Assembly (NCBI RefSeq): GCF_009914755.1
Contig: NC_060937.1
Source of the DNA: the human T2T-CHM13v2.0 reference genome, Homo sapiens
Length of the DNA: 64,000 nucleotides
Direction: 5' to 3' (one strand)
Shown here: piece after piece, positions 43,141-58,913 of the stretch
Layout: each line of letters begins with the position of its first letter
Numbering within the stretch: position 1 is the stretch's first letter
Notes under the pieces: model-generated
The model's input: the letters and a program-made list of their open reading frames with translations, nothing else
Database searches by the model: none
Told to the model about the DNA's origin: nothing
Translations under genes and position numbers: made by a program

Positions 43141-44645
43141 AACAACCAAAAAAAGTGTTAAAAAAAGACTTCACAATAGAAGCTATAAGAAGACCCAATA
43201 AACTCATGAAAAGATGCTCAACACCATTCATTATTAGAGAAATGCTATTAAAGACACCAAGATAGCCTTTTACATGGACTAGAATGGCGGAATATTGAAG
43301 AGATTGATAAAACAGTACTCCCAGTATCAGAGAGTTGTAGAATAACTGGAGCTGTCATATGTTGTTGAAGAATGTAAAATAAATTACAAACATTTTGGCA
43401 AAGTTTGGCAGTGTTTTTGTAAAACTAACATACATACTACACCTTCCAGCAAATCTGCTCCTAGAAATGAGTATGTACGCCTACAAAAAGGCTTATTCAA
43501 GAATATTCATAGCTACTTTATTCATAATAGTTATGAGCTGGAAAAAAACTCAGGCAACCCAAACTAGTAACAACCCAAATGTCCTCCAACAAGAGAACAG
43601 ATAAACAAATTGTGGTATACTCATACAAGGCAGTACTAATCAGCAATAAAAACAAATGAACTACTGATGCATGCATTGCTAAGATACTGACTAAATGTCT
43701 GTAAGGGTGATCTTGGACACTTGTGGGCCCCGCTGCGGGCAGAGTGAGGCACTGCCTCTGTGCTTTTCAGTGCTTGAATCCCACCTGTGCTCATCACCAT
43801 CATGGTGCTGAAAACAGCACTATCAGCATTTATGTATTTGTTTACTTCCCCATCTCCTTACACCAAGAGTTCCTTCAAGTTGGCAATGGTCTTCCTCACA
43901 TCTTTAATTACCCAATGTCCTGCCCAGCATTGGAGATCTAGCACAGACTCAACCAACATTTATGAAAGAACAACGGACACTCAGATGCAGCTTTTATTTC
44001 CTTTGAGCCTCCTAAGGCCAGTACAATAGCTATTCAACAGTGTCTGTTAAATAGCAAGTGAGAGTCATTATTTGGATGTAGGTAATTGGATAAAGTTTCT
44101 ATCTTGCCAGCAGTTTGTCTAGATTAGTTATAGATAACTTAATCCAAGGCAACTTGCCCAAGGCCACCCAGCTGGTCAGGTGTCAGATGTGGGTGACTGA
44201 CTAGTTGTTCTTCCCACCTCACTGCAGCTGCCTCCTCTCATAATATGCTCAAGGAGTCAGTGCCTAAAAGTGGTACTTCCTTCCATGCAGAACAACTGCA
44301 AGCTGTCAGAATCTGTACAAGGAAGATGTCATCCTGTTTGGCTGGGGTACCTCGGAAGCAGTGGGAGGTGGAGTCCCTCCCACATGCCATCCTGAGGGCA
44401 GCAGTGGCAGTTCTTTTGCTTCCTGTCCCTTCTGAGGGGCAGAGCAGAGCCTTTTCTGAGAATCAAGTCAGAGCAAGCCTAGGCACAAGAGTGAGTGGAG
44501 GAGGGGTAGGGTCACAGACATTTTAGCCTCTTCATGCTTGAGAAAGAAATGAGAACTCATCTTCTCAGAGGCAAGGGCAGAGGTAGAAGCCCAGCCTGTC
44601 CTGAACGAGAAGGGTGACCTTGGCAGTACTCTAAGAAGTAGTCAA

Positions 44646-44954
<309 letters not shown>

Positions 44955-45017
44955 TCAAAACCTGGGTGTCTGGCCTTCCACAGAAAATCGACAATAATGT
45001 CTGAGAGCACAGTTAAA

Positions 45018-45316
<299 letters not shown>

Positions 45317-46712
45317 ACAAGAGAATTCTTAAATGTATATTTCTCCCAGTGTCACTAAGAAAATCCAATTTAAAATTATTCTGTTCTGACTTGGCCTTTT
45401 ATTCTGCCTCTCATGAATGTAAATATAAAACTTTTATATGAGAGACTCTTGGCATTGTCTATAGATAGACCATAGCTACATCAGAAACACACACACACAC
45501 ATCTGCACATGTGCATACACACACAGAGTAGCTATTTGAGAAACAGCTGTGACCCCTTCAAAGACAGGAGGAGAAAGGGAGGAATGGGAGATTAGTGTAA
45601 GGACAAAGTCAAACTATCTAATCTTTTTATCCTCTCAGCTAAACAGATTTTGTCTTCCTTCAGTACCTCACGCTTGACCTCCATCTCTCAAACCATTCTA
45701 TTATTTCTACCTTATCTTTAGCTATACATGAATCTAATTATAGAAAAGATAATAATGCATAATGATCAAATGCATGGGCTGAACCTCCAATATTTGAGAA
45801 AATTGTTGGTGAAATCTTCACCTACCTTATTATCTATCTCTCTAATCCATCTGTCTAATAAAATGAAAACCAAATCAATAAAAATGAGCAAAATAAAGAA
45901 AATAAAGCTGTTATTACATGCATCTCCAGAGAAAGCTATTACTGCAAGTGACTCTCTTATTTTAGAAAGTGTAGGAAAGTATTTTTCTGTGAGTGGGATT
46001 ATATAATCTTTACCTACTCTTGGAAGCCAACCTAAGAAACATGTCATCCACTCCCCTTCCTCATCTTTGCAAGTGGTGCTATATGCCAGCAGGCTGAGCA
46101 TTGTCATTACTGTAAGAAAGAGTATGAATTAATCCAGCACACATCCCAAATTCAGAATAACAAATCTGGAATGTGGAGGCCCACCTGTCTGTGGGTCCAT
46201 GTTGAGAAGTCTACACTTTTGATTACATGTTTGCCTATTTGTAAATGACAAGATTTGTCCTGCACTAGCAAAAAAATAAAATAAAATAAAAATTCTGGCC
46301 ATCAGGACTAAAGAATCCATAAAACTTAGAATAGTATAGTTACAAAATTGGTTCTGATAAAGGGAAATAGAATAAACCTGCTTCAAACTTCATCAATCAT
46401 TGTTCCCTTTATCATTTTCAGATCATTAAACCAGCTTTTAATCACAAACACTAATATTTTATTGTATATTTTCTGCTTAAATCTAGACAGTGTTAGCTTG
46501 GCATTGACTTTCCCAAGTAGCAGAATTAGTGATATTTTGAATGATATAAAGGGTATTTATCTATTCTTTCATTAGCAAACATTATGTAAGTAGTTACTAT
46601 GTGTGTAGCATAGTGCTGTATTGTAAGGTAACTGTCTTCAACATCCAGGTAGGATTAGTTTCTCCACTTGTAGATAGGTACATCTATGCTATAACATATG
46701 TATTATGTCCTT

Positions 46713-47045
<333 letters not shown>

Positions 47046-47313
47046 TCATGGCCCTGGACATGGTCCAAAAGGTGGAGAGGCCTCAGTGGTCCTTTCTGAA
47101 TGTGAGCACCCAAGCCTGCCCATTGGCCTAGCCCTTAATTTATGTACATGTGTCATTTATGGCCCATCCTCCAGGGCTGCACCGTGGGGCTCCTGCCTTT
47201 TCTGACGTACAGCAACCACAATAGTGAGATGAACATCGAAGCTATTGGAGAAAGTCCCACCACTATAGTGTAAATCAGCCTAGATTTACTTTGCGTAATT
47301 TTAGGCTATTTCT

Positions 47314-47403
47314 TTTTTTTCTTTCTTTTTTTTTTTTTTGAGACGGAGTCTCGCTCTGTTGCCAGGCTGGAGTGCAGTGGCACGATCTCGACTCACTGCA
47401 ACC
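47314..47403 (-). mobile_element. Severely 5'-truncated Alu
   Basis: About 65 nt of Alu 3' end plus tail; perfect 18-bp TSD TAATTTTAGGCTATTTCT at 47296-47313 and 47404-47421. Confidence 0.92.
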
Positions 47404-47501
47404 TAATTTTAGGCTATTTCTAAGACAGTCATCTTTTGGTTGAACAAGGTAATGAGTTGGGATAAATATATCTTTTTTCATTCCTGGACTCTCTCTCTTG
47501 T

Positions 47502-47504
<3 letters not shown>

Positions 47505-47542
<38 letters not shown>
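47505..47542. repeat. (AC)19 microsatellite
   Basis: Pure dinucleotide run. Confidence 0.98.
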
Positions 47543-47543
<1 letters not shown>

Positions 47544-48099
47544 ACATGCATCATGGACACATATACTTCTAATGTTTTTCTTTTATTTATCCCAGAAATT
47601 GAACTAGGGATGCCCCTGTCTCTATTCTTTCTGCTCTGTACCTGGTACTAATTAATTTATTCATTAGTATTAATAACAAGCCTGGTCACTTTTCATCCAG
47701 TCATGTTTGTTCCCTCCACATCAGAAAGAACTCTTGTGACCAACATCAAAATTCAAGTTCAGGTATGTGTACGAGTCAGAATGGGTCCTTCTTTTTCTCA
47801 GAATTACATTGTAAGGAACCTATTCTAATAGGCATTAAAGTAACTAGCTTTGGCTTCACTCAGCAGGAATCTCACATAATCAGAATTGAATGTGACAAAA
47901 CTCAATCCATTCTGTATAAACAAGAGACACCTTAGAGAAATCAAATCTCTTTGAAGGACTGAAGTAGGAAGGCTAAGAAGAAGGTACACCTGATACACTC
48001 TTTCTTTCACTCTAACAGGCACCTGAACCTCCGTGGCACAGCAGATGGGAATGACTGACGTGGCTGAGCATTCATCTGCCCCAGGGAGGCACCGCATTG

Positions 48100-48320
48100 T
48101 AGGGGATGAACAGAGACTTTTCAATCAGATAGACCTGCATTCAAATCCCAGATCAGTCTCCTACTGCCTTTTGATCTTAGGAAAGTTGCATCACTCTTCA
48201 CCAGAGTTCCAACCCTGAGTTTCATTCTCTGTCAACTGGAAATGGAAATAGCTATGATGGTAGCGAGGGTTACATGAGATGCTATTTGCTCAGTGCCAAT
48301 GATCAATAGCAGATGGCAGT
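48100..48320 (+). mobile_element. MIR
   Basis: ATCAGATAGACCTGCATTCAAATCCCAG...GATCTTAGGAAAGTT...CTGGAAATGGAAATA. Confidence 0.6.
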
Positions 48321-51300
48321 TATGTGATTACGATTACTGTGGGATCTTTTCAAAAGAGGGTCGCCAGCAGCTTCTTAGCTATGTTGAGCTTGATTGTCTG
48401 TGAAGGCAGAGGCCTGGGTGGTAGCTGCATAAAGAGACAGCTCTACTTCTTGTATGTCTTGGGTTGTAGGCCAGGTCCCCAGTTCAACTCCTCCTCTACA
48501 TGAGGCTACCCCAACTCCACGGGCCAAACGCCATAGGAAAGCAGATATTACATTTAGAAGTCCTGATTTCACTTTTAACTATACTTCATTGGTAAGACAA
48601 CAATAATGTCAGCTCATTAGCAAATCAACAAATAACACTTTAACTGGAAATTACTGGACACTATTACTTAGACTGTCCTGGAAGAGGGCTCTAAAGTGTG
48701 TCTCCATTTAAACTTATAAGAAAATTGCCAAGAGCTTATGTGTTGTCTTGTTTAGAAGTGAATACAATGCTGCCAGCCATATGTCTTTTAGATTCTAGCT
48801 TGTTTGTTAGAGATTTCTAGATAGAGCCAAATTTGTGGCTTGGCCTTAACATAAATATTCAAATGATTCATAAGGATTTTTTACTGGGCTTTCACTTTGT
48901 CTAGAAACTAATATGCATGTGTTCTAGAAAAAACACTAAGTTTTGAGATTAAATCTATTTTAAATTAAGTAAGAGATAAATGTGAGAATTATGTATGAGA
49001 CTATATGGCATTCCTTGTTATAAGCATATAACCTATAAGCTGGTGTCTTTAGATGTGTAAGAATATAAAGCAAACAGAAAAGAAATACTGCTGAATTTTA
49101 ACATCATTTTTTGAACTGTCAAGAGCCAAGGAATAGCTGGGCAAAAAATCAATACTGTCTCATTGCCTCTTTCCCTGACCCCTTTCTATCTGAAACACTA
49201 TCTCCGGTTGTAAATGTTTAATTTACTTCTAATGTGGCAAAAATCTCAGGTTTGCAGTTTTCTAGATGAGTAACACAAGCTCAATATCATTTAGTTTATG
49301 AATATAAAAAAATAAAATGCACGTCAAAGGCAAATGAAAGCCTTTTATTGAATCTGATATAATTTACATAATATGTTCTGATAGTCCTTGTTATTCTTTC
49401 ACATTTACATAATTTTTGTATATTTACAAAAGTCTTCAAGCTTGCTTTTATGGACTGTTTCTCACAGCCACCCTATGAAGTAGGTGTAGTAGCTTGCTTT
49501 AAAGCAAAGTGCAAGAGGAATAGAAAAATGAAGTGTTTCCCAGAGCGACTCAGCAAAGCAGCTGCTGATCCAGATTGCAAATTCCTGGTCCTGCGTCCCT
49601 CCCTCATTAGCCACTAGGTCCCAGCTCCTCTCATTTTTTTGCATCCTCAGACACTCCTTTCCCTCTGCCTATTTTAATGAGGCCCCTGAGACCCTCTTTT
49701 GGCCAGCTTTCCTACCTCTTCACCACTTTCCTAGCCCCTAGGAAGCTTTTCTTTAAGCCTAGGAAAAAATTAATTTGCTGATACTTCTTCCAAATTGGCC
49801 TGCTGCCGCCACCACATAATGATTTTCCCTTCAGAGGTGTAGATTGCGTACCTTGCGTGCAGAGATTCAACGTAGTCACTCTGCAAGATGCAATATTAGG
49901 CTCTGAACCACATTTCACCAAGTCCCTAGTGACCTATAGCCACTTTGACTTGCTAATATAATTTTATCCAAGAGTTATGGGTAGGAAAAATTAAATGAAG
50001 AGGAAGAATTTTTGTAAAGACCCAAGTCTGTGGAATTGTATCTTGTTCTTCATAGTGCTGGATATGTGCTAGCCGGTAGAGCCACCTACTGAAACACAAG
50101 TTTTCTTGTACACCTTTGGTACTGAGAGCCCATGAGTCCCACCATCCTAATCCTCCTTCACCTTCCCTCATCATCTCCTTGGCCATTATGTGGTAGATGC
50201 AAGAAAGACATTTGTTTCTCTTCTAACACGTTTCCCATCCTTGTCTTACTGGTATAGTTACTGAGATAGAAAGATTCAGATCTTCCTAAGCAGTAATTAA
50301 CTCATTGGCATTCATTATGAATCCCTTTGAGATATGAGCCTGCATTTAAAAACAAAAACCAAAAAACTCAGTCTTTGTAAATTAGATCCCATGTTCTGCT
50401 GTCAGCCCAGTGTGCATTATATACCGGTGGAAATAATCAGTGCTCTGTCCAGCCCTGGAAAGTGTTAAATAAATCACACAGTTTTATGAGCTTACAACAA
50501 GACTCACTTGGTAGCCTCTTTCTTACCCAATAATCTTTTACTAATAAAAGCACTAGGGATTTATAAACACTACATGTACTTTTAGTGATCTTCCAAAATA
50601 TGTTACCCTCCTTCCTTCTGAAGAAATGGCAGGTTGACACCTATCTATCTAAAACCATTTATCCAGTTCTCAAAATAAGCAGGTATTGTGCTGAACTAAA
50701 ACCAAAATTGTCCGGAGTATTCATAAAATCAGGTAGACATTTAAGAGTATGATTTCCATTTTCTTTTCTAAAAGCACTTAGAATAGCCTCTTCATGTTCT
50801 TACATTGGTAAATCATGTATAAGAGATATGGTTTCATCTTCTTGGTGATTACGGAAGTGCTGAGCATTCCAGGTCCTAATGCTGATGCCTATACCTCATG
50901 GTACAAGACATGTGAATGCAGTTATGAGCTTTGGGCTCAACAGTGCGAAACTAGGGAATAACCTAGAAGATTTGTGTTTGTTTATTTTAATCAAATGTCT
51001 ATGATAGTTATATTTGTTGAATTTGATTAATTGAAATGTAGATTTCTGGAGTACAACAACAAGATGCTATTAATATATGCTATGATTTTTTACTTTATTT
51101 CTTTAAATATCTATGTAAATACAAAAGCTTCTAGTATTCAAAATACCATATTCAGAGATCAGGTTAAAATATTTTCATGATATCTGGTGAGCACATAAAA
51201 GTAATTTGCGTTAAAAATTTTGGTTACAGTAATGGGAAGAAAGAATGCTTCATGGTAACACACTTCCACTAAATTTGAAATAAGAAGAAAATCACCCATC

Positions 51301-54300
51301 ATAAAAATTTAAATAGAGTTTATCAGGTAATGGTCACAATAAAAATTCCTGATCGTAGTGTTGTCAAAGGAAGCCAGTTTTTGCCATTTAATGGAATCAT
51401 TACTTTGCATTTACTAGCTTTATTTAGCAAATGGTGCTCAATGATACAAGTTGATAGTGATACTATCCATCTATAGTTAATACATATAATCAACACACTG
51501 TAGGCAATTTACTTAAAGCCAAAGAACACATATGAGTAATTGAGGATAGGCTAAGACATGAACTCTTGAGCTCTCATAAAATCACATTTCCTGAGCCATT
51601 CCTCTTGCTTGCTCCCTATGGAAAATGTTCCGGTACATTCTAGCCTAGTGAGCCAATTCATCACCAATATTCAGCACTACTTTGACCCAATATTTTATGT
51701 AGAACCTTGTGAATGAGTCTATGGTATTCTTCCAGAATTATATAGTTATAGTTTGATATAAATTATAAGGTGACCATGAATCATATTCAGAATATCATTG
51801 GTAAGCCAACTTCCTTTCCACTATGTCTATATTGTACCTACATGTCTTTATATCAACTTGGGTGTATTCAAGGGATTTTGCTCCAAAGTATCCCTTAAGT
51901 TCAGAAAATGGGTTGGAATCTAAGTGGGAGCAAAAGCTTTTGGTGCTTTCGTAGAAAAAAGATATTCACAAAATTATCACCAAACTTGACCACTTCTCTT
52001 CACTGGCATATATTTTATTTTCTAGCCTTCTGATTTGTGGGTTTTACTCTGCTAGAAAAATGTATTTCAGGGGAAATAAATCAATTGGCTACCTACTTTC
52101 CTATAAGTATAAAGTCTCATTGTTTTTCTACAGATTGATCACTATGCCATGATGTTCTATATTCTTTTTTTTTTTTTCATTTCTATTTAAGAGGCAATAA
52201 GCAAGACGTAATTTCTTTCAAGAGCACAGTGATCATTCATGGAACTGAATAATGATCAATGAAATGATAACCCAAGACCTGAATAAACATAGCATTAATG
52301 CTAGAAAATGTCAGTGCTGTCACTTCAAAAGGGCACAGTGTCACTAGACCAGGCTGTTATTTTTTATTTTGTTCAATGGACTTATCTTGAAATTCTCCAA
52401 AAATTTATTTAATTCCTACTAAGAGGGGTATGTTGTAAATAACAATAATGATAAAAAGTGCTTGATAATATTGGCTGTAGTATTCAGCATGCCACTTACT
52501 GCATTTGACCCTTGTGGGTACTTAGAAAGCCCTCACCTTCTAAATTCCTCTTGTCATCCAAATGCTGCCTAGTGCTAAGGAAAGATTTGATGGTTTCCTT
52601 TATTCACTTGATATCCTCTTTTTTATGGTACATAAATGGAAGTTCTAAATGAATGCTAGAGCCTCATATTAGATTCTTGTAAATGGAATCGTAGATCATC
52701 TCACTTCTGCCTTAGTCACAAGATTGACTCCAAGTGTACCTAACACAAAGAAACAACATATACTGGCCTCTAAAGATATACATATATACTTAGTCATTAT
52801 CCAGTTTAGTGGATATTAAATTGCAGGAAAAAAGTGGAAGAAAACGCACATTTGCCGCTAAATGTCCTTCACAGATTGCATCTGCAGCTTCCTTTTTTGT
52901 GTTTAGCTCTACATGAATGATTGGCATAACTTTTAAAATGTAATCACTGCACATAACAACTAGGTTATATTTGATTGCATCTTCTGAATAATGTTTAAAA
53001 AGTAAAAGGCAGATGTTATCATGTACTTTCCTCTCAGGCTGGTTCCAGGTTTTTTTATTCAACAATTTTATGTGAAAGGCAATTGCAGAATGGAAGAATT
53101 TAGCATGGTTTCTAAGGTCACAAGGAGAAGGTGACGTGACTCTGCAAACAGCACCCCCAGTCTTGCCTCTCTGCCCAGGGCGGTGTTATTAAATGAGTAG
53201 GCACAGTGGAGGGCTCATTTTCCCTCCTGACCACCCTCTTGGGGCTCCCTGTGTGACCTCTGTACACTGGGCTTTCAGAAGGCCACAGAGATGACAACAA
53301 GACCACATTTGTTTTTATCTTTCAGTCAAATAGATTCATCAGACAGTCTAGACACTACTCTTTTGTCTATCAGAGGACAAAACTACATTTGATGATTCAA
53401 TGATCATTTTTAATGTATTGAAAAGAATTTTTGTTAAAAGATGGCCATCATATAAACATGGATTGTTTAAATAACCTCATTTTTCTCTTACCTCATAACA
53501 GAAAGGAAGATTTCTTACATACCTTATTCATGTTACAACCTGATTTATATCCCTGAGCTAAGAATTCTGAGTGGCATCATAGCATCTGAAAGCTTTTGCC
53601 AAAGACATGTCAGAACTCCTTTAAGGAGCAGATCACCCCATGAATTACTGACTTACCCAGCCTCAGTTACCTCACAGTTAAAGTATGCCTTCATGATCCA
53701 ATGGGAGAAGCTGTTCAGTAAATGCATAGAATATTTCTCATTGTCATCAGGGGGTGTTTCCCAGAACTTTGGAACCGTTTCTAAACCCATAGCCCCAGGG
53801 TGTTTTCAAAGTTTGATTTACAAAATAAATAGACATCTAAAAGAGATTTTAGTCCCAAGCTATTTTTTTCTTTTTGCAGAAGTTATTAGATTTGAATAGA
53901 TACCTCAAAGCCATTTTTTGAAATCAAAATTCTCCTTTCTTACATCCAAAATCCTGAAAGGAGCCTCGAGAGGTCACTACACTGCTTCTATGTTGTACCA
54001 GAACTGAATAGTTCAAATTACTGTTGCGTTTTGATAAACACCGCCCTGCCCCGCCGCCACACACACACATGCACACACACACAGTTTTCTTCTCCTACTT
54101 CTCTCTCGCTTGGTTGAATTACCCCACTGACAGAGAGAAAAACAACATTCACTGGCCTCCAGGGAAAGTGGTGTCGCTGCGAATGAAGGGTGGATAGAGG
54201 TGGTGAACCAGAAGACATGCTCTGTGTTGGCTGCAAAGGCTCTGGCTCTGTCATTTCCCCAGAATGTCCCCTGCAGATGCCTGGCAGTGGAAGATCAGCA

Positions 54301-54727
54301 GTGAAGGGCAGGAGAGAGGCAGCTATGCACCAGCTCTTCTTTGGAGATACTACCAAAGGGGAACATTTGAGATGCATTCAGGTCTTTTTAAAGGCATTTT
54401 TAAACCATATGTTAAAGAACCAAACAAAGTGGATATGGATCGCTTACGAAGTAAAGCCAGTTCTTGCCTTCGCTTTAGAAAATGCTTCCCTAGGCTCAGA
54501 GAAACCTTTTAAAGTGCCCACTCTGTGGACCCTCCACTTCATGTACAGGATGTACAAAAGAACAGCACAGCAGAGCAGGGCACTGACCATAGCACCAGAC
54601 TGCCCGGGGTTAAAATCCCGTTTCTAACATGTGCTGCTCTATATCCTTGATTTAGTTTCCCTAATAAATGGAAACTAAATACCTACCTCACAGAGTTGTG
54701 AGAAAATGGATATAAAAACACTTAGCA

Positions 54728-55542
<815 letters not shown>

Positions 55543-55745
55543 TCATAGTAAATACACTAAATGCTCAGTATATGGTAGTAAGACTGATTGCGATGATTTT
55601 TGTAGCCCCTGACACTTGCTTTCTCCTTAGTCTTCTATTTTAAAGAACACAAGAAACATGATTTGTCCCTGCTCTCCTAGAAAGGGGAAACTTGGAGGCT
55701 CAGCAGCTTTTCTCGCCATGACTCTTGCTGTGATTGCATTTTGAG

Positions 55746-55879
55746 TAGGGAACGTGTAAAATTCATTATCCAAACCCGGCTACTTTGGAGAGTGAAATGG
55801 AGTGTGAATGCGATGGGACACCAGGGCAATAGGCATAAACCGGGACTCTCCCAGGAACACTGGGAGTTTGGTTACCCTA
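55746..55879. mobile_element. MER94 hAT-Blackjack element
   Basis: 134 bp, TAGGG...ACCCTA ends, ATCCAAACC..CTTTGGAGAGTGAAA..TAAACCGGGACT. Confidence 0.7.
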
Positions 55880-56399
55880 ATTATGGGACTATTCAAGAAA
55901 CTGAAATTCTAAACCTTCTTCCTGTTTCAAAGTCTGAAGCTCAACTGGAGGCTAAGGTGATAATTTTCTCAGAAGTCTATTCCTGTATCTCCAGAAGAAT
56001 AGGAGATAATTGCACTTGCTATTTTATCTTATACTTGCCATTTTACCCAGAAACTATTTTTAAAAAATGAGTCACAACAAGAAAGCATTATTGCTACTTT
56101 TATATTCCTTTGTCAAAAACCTTGGCTGGGTCGTCAGGACCCTGGATCCATTGCCCTGCTTGGATTATCACAATCCTCGTCCAAGTTATACCACTTACAC
56201 AACCAGGCAGCTGGTTCTAGGGACCTCTGAGACCTCTAAGGGTTTAGAATTGTTTTTAATCTCCTGGAGTATTATTATGTAATAATGTCAGTGGTGTTAT
56301 CTTTTCTAAACTCAGATTTTGCCTCCTTTTGGAAGTAGAGTTCAATCTAGGTTGTGAGCAACACACTACTCCTGAAAGCACCATGAAGGAATGAATAGT

Positions 56400-56620
56400 A
56401 CCCTTACTCATCCTTATTTGGAATGTTTTATGTGCCAGACACTATAATTTCATGTAATCCCCACAGCAAACCTCTGTGGTAGGTACTGTCATCATCTGGA
56501 AAGAGGGGTCACTGAGACACAGAGAGAAGGTAAATGACTAATCAAGGTCTTACGACTAGTAAGCTGAAGCATGGCTTTAAATGGAGAGAGTGTGACTTCT
56601 CTGGCCATGTTCTAAACTCT
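56400..56620 (-). mobile_element. MIR
   Basis: TATGTGCCAGACACT...TAATCCCCACAGCAAACCTCTGTGGTAGGTACT...ACTGAGACACAGAGAG. Confidence 0.65.
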
Positions 56621-57397
56621 GAGCCATTCAACAAAGTCGGGTGGCCTGAAGGAGGGGAAGAGGCCTCTACATTTCCACCACCACATTACAGGAAACAAAA
56701 TTTATTTTGATCTTAGAAGCTGAAATAGTCATTTGCATGGCCCATACCCTCAAAGTGCTACCTTCTGGCCTAGGGGGTAAATGAGAACAAAACTTGTCGT
56801 GAGAAGGATAAACAGCCACAGGGTATGTTTTAACACATAGCCCTCTGAAGAATGCTGTTTCCATTGTGTAACTGGAAAGATCTGGAATATCAATATTATT
56901 TTGATTTCTCTCTGTGCTCATTGGGAACTCATTTCAAGGGCTCACCAATCTGTGTTGCAGACCAACATGTGATCCAACTTTCAACTAACATGGCATTTTC
57001 TATCAGGCTTCTTAGCAGTTCACACTTACTATTTTGCAGCTCATTCAAGGGCTATGATAATTACCTTGTCAAAGACTGAAAAATAGTTTCTAATCAACTC
57101 ACACATTTTATCCTATGGAAAGAAATTCAAGGAAGTTACAATTAATGCTAACCCAGATAATTTGCTTCAAGGAAATAATTAAAAACAGGAGTTAAATTGA
57201 CTTGAATTATATTGCTAAGTAAAATTCTTATAAAATGTAAAATAAATGGGTCTGAGTTTTGAATTTTAATTTTTGCAGAGTCAACTTTATTAACAGGTTA
57301 AAAAAATTCATGAAACATCAGCTATTGAACTCAATTTTCCAGATTTCTTTAGTCACTTGATTTGCTTCAGTCATAGTACCAATACTGTCTTTTATTC

Positions 57398-58198
57398 TGT
57401 TGATGAAAAGAGTCAAACTCTGTAAAATATTTGAAGGGATTTATTCTGAGCCAAATATGAGTGACTAATGGCCCATGACAGAGCCCTGGCTCTCCTAGAA
57501 AGGAGAGAATTGGAGGCTCAGCAGCTTCTCTCCATGACTCAGAAGATCCTGAGGACATGTACCCAGGGTAGTTGGGCTACAGCTCGGTTTTACACATTTT
57601 AGACATAAGACATCAATCAATACATGTAAGATACATGTCATCAATACATTTTAGTGAGACATAAGACATAAGTGAGACATAAGACATAAGTGAGACATAA
57701 GACATAAGACATCAATCAATACATGTAAGATATACACTGGTTCCTTCCAGAAAAGCAGGACACCTGGAAGGAGGGGAGCCTTCCAGGTCATAAGCAGATT
57801 CAAAGATTTCCTTATTGGCAATTGGTTGAAAGAGTTATTATCTAAAGACCTGAAATCAATAGAAAAGAGTGTCTGGGTTAAGATAAGGGATTGTAGAGAC
57901 CAAGTTCCTTATCATGCAGATGAAGCCTCCAGGTAGCAGGCTTCAGAGAGAATAGATTGTAAATGTTTCTTTTCAGACTTAAAAAGTCTTTTCTATCAGT
58001 CTTAAGGTCTCTGTTTTAATGTTAGTGCTGGTCATCTGTGCCTGAATTCTAAAAGGAGGAAGGCATAATGAGGCATGTCTGACCCGCACTTCGCAGTACG
58101 TCCTGAACTAGTTTTTTGGATTAACTTTGGAATGCCCTTGGCTGAGGGTAGGGCCCATCAGTCACTTGGGGGTCTTAGAATTTTATTTTTGGTTTATA
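57398..58198 (-). mobile_element. MER4 (A/B-like) ERV1 solo LTR with internal insertions
   Basis: TGTTGATGAAAAGAGTCAAACTCTGTAAAATATTTGAAG...GATGAAGCCTCCAGGTAGCAGGCTTCAGAGAG...CTTAGAATTTTATTTTTGGTTTATA. Confidence 0.85.
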
Positions 58199-58254
58199 AT
58201 TTTTTTGTTCAAAGCTGTTAGTTTTAAACTTCTAACCAAACTTGTGGTTATGTT

Positions 58255-58600
58255 TTATTTATTCATTCATTCACTTACATACTTTTTTTAGCTAACCTTT
58301 TTTTTTGGCATCTAATGACCTCAATTTACAAATTCATTCTTTCCGCAGATATTTGTGAACCAGACATTTTTCTAGGGGCTGGAGATAAAGTAGTGAATAA
58401 AAGTGAAAATTTTCTGCTCTCAAGTAGTTTGCAGCATAAGGGGAAAAGAAAGGAAGAAATGAGAAACAAATGGACAAATAAGATAATGCCAGATGATGAC
58501 CAATGCTGCAAAGCCATAACAAGGGTGAGATGATGAAGAGTTGGAGAGTTAACAGGAGGAGGTTGCTTAAGTTCGAGTGGTCTGAGAGGCCTCTCAAGAA
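58255..58600 (-). mobile_element. L2 3' fragment
   Basis: ATTCATTCATTC...TTCTAGGGGCTGGAGATAAAGTAGTGAATAAAA...GTGGTCTGAGAGGCCTCTC. Confidence 0.65.
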
Positions 58601-58913
58601 GAATTAGGGTGGAATTCAGTCATGGGAATACTTGTACCAAGGCCATGTGGGACTGAGGGAGAAGCAGGTCCCAGGCCTTGAGCATCTGCTATCTGCCAGG
58701 GCTGTCTGGGAGACGGATGATTCAAAGTTGCACAAGAACAGCCGTGGTCTTTGCCCTTGTGAAGTTTATTGTCTGCAGGAAAATAAAGTCCTGCCTCCAA
58801 GGAAGTCCTGATTGGTTGAGAAAATAGATATGTAAGTCACTGTAATATAGAAAAATTCTCCTAGTAGGTACCAACATGAAAGCAGAAAGAAGGGAATGAT
58901 CCAGTTTCCCTGG

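Noticed and set aside
57600-57735. Short repeated units reminiscent of a CRISPR array
   Set aside because: No unique spacers and no cas genes; this is a slippage repeat in a primate LTR.
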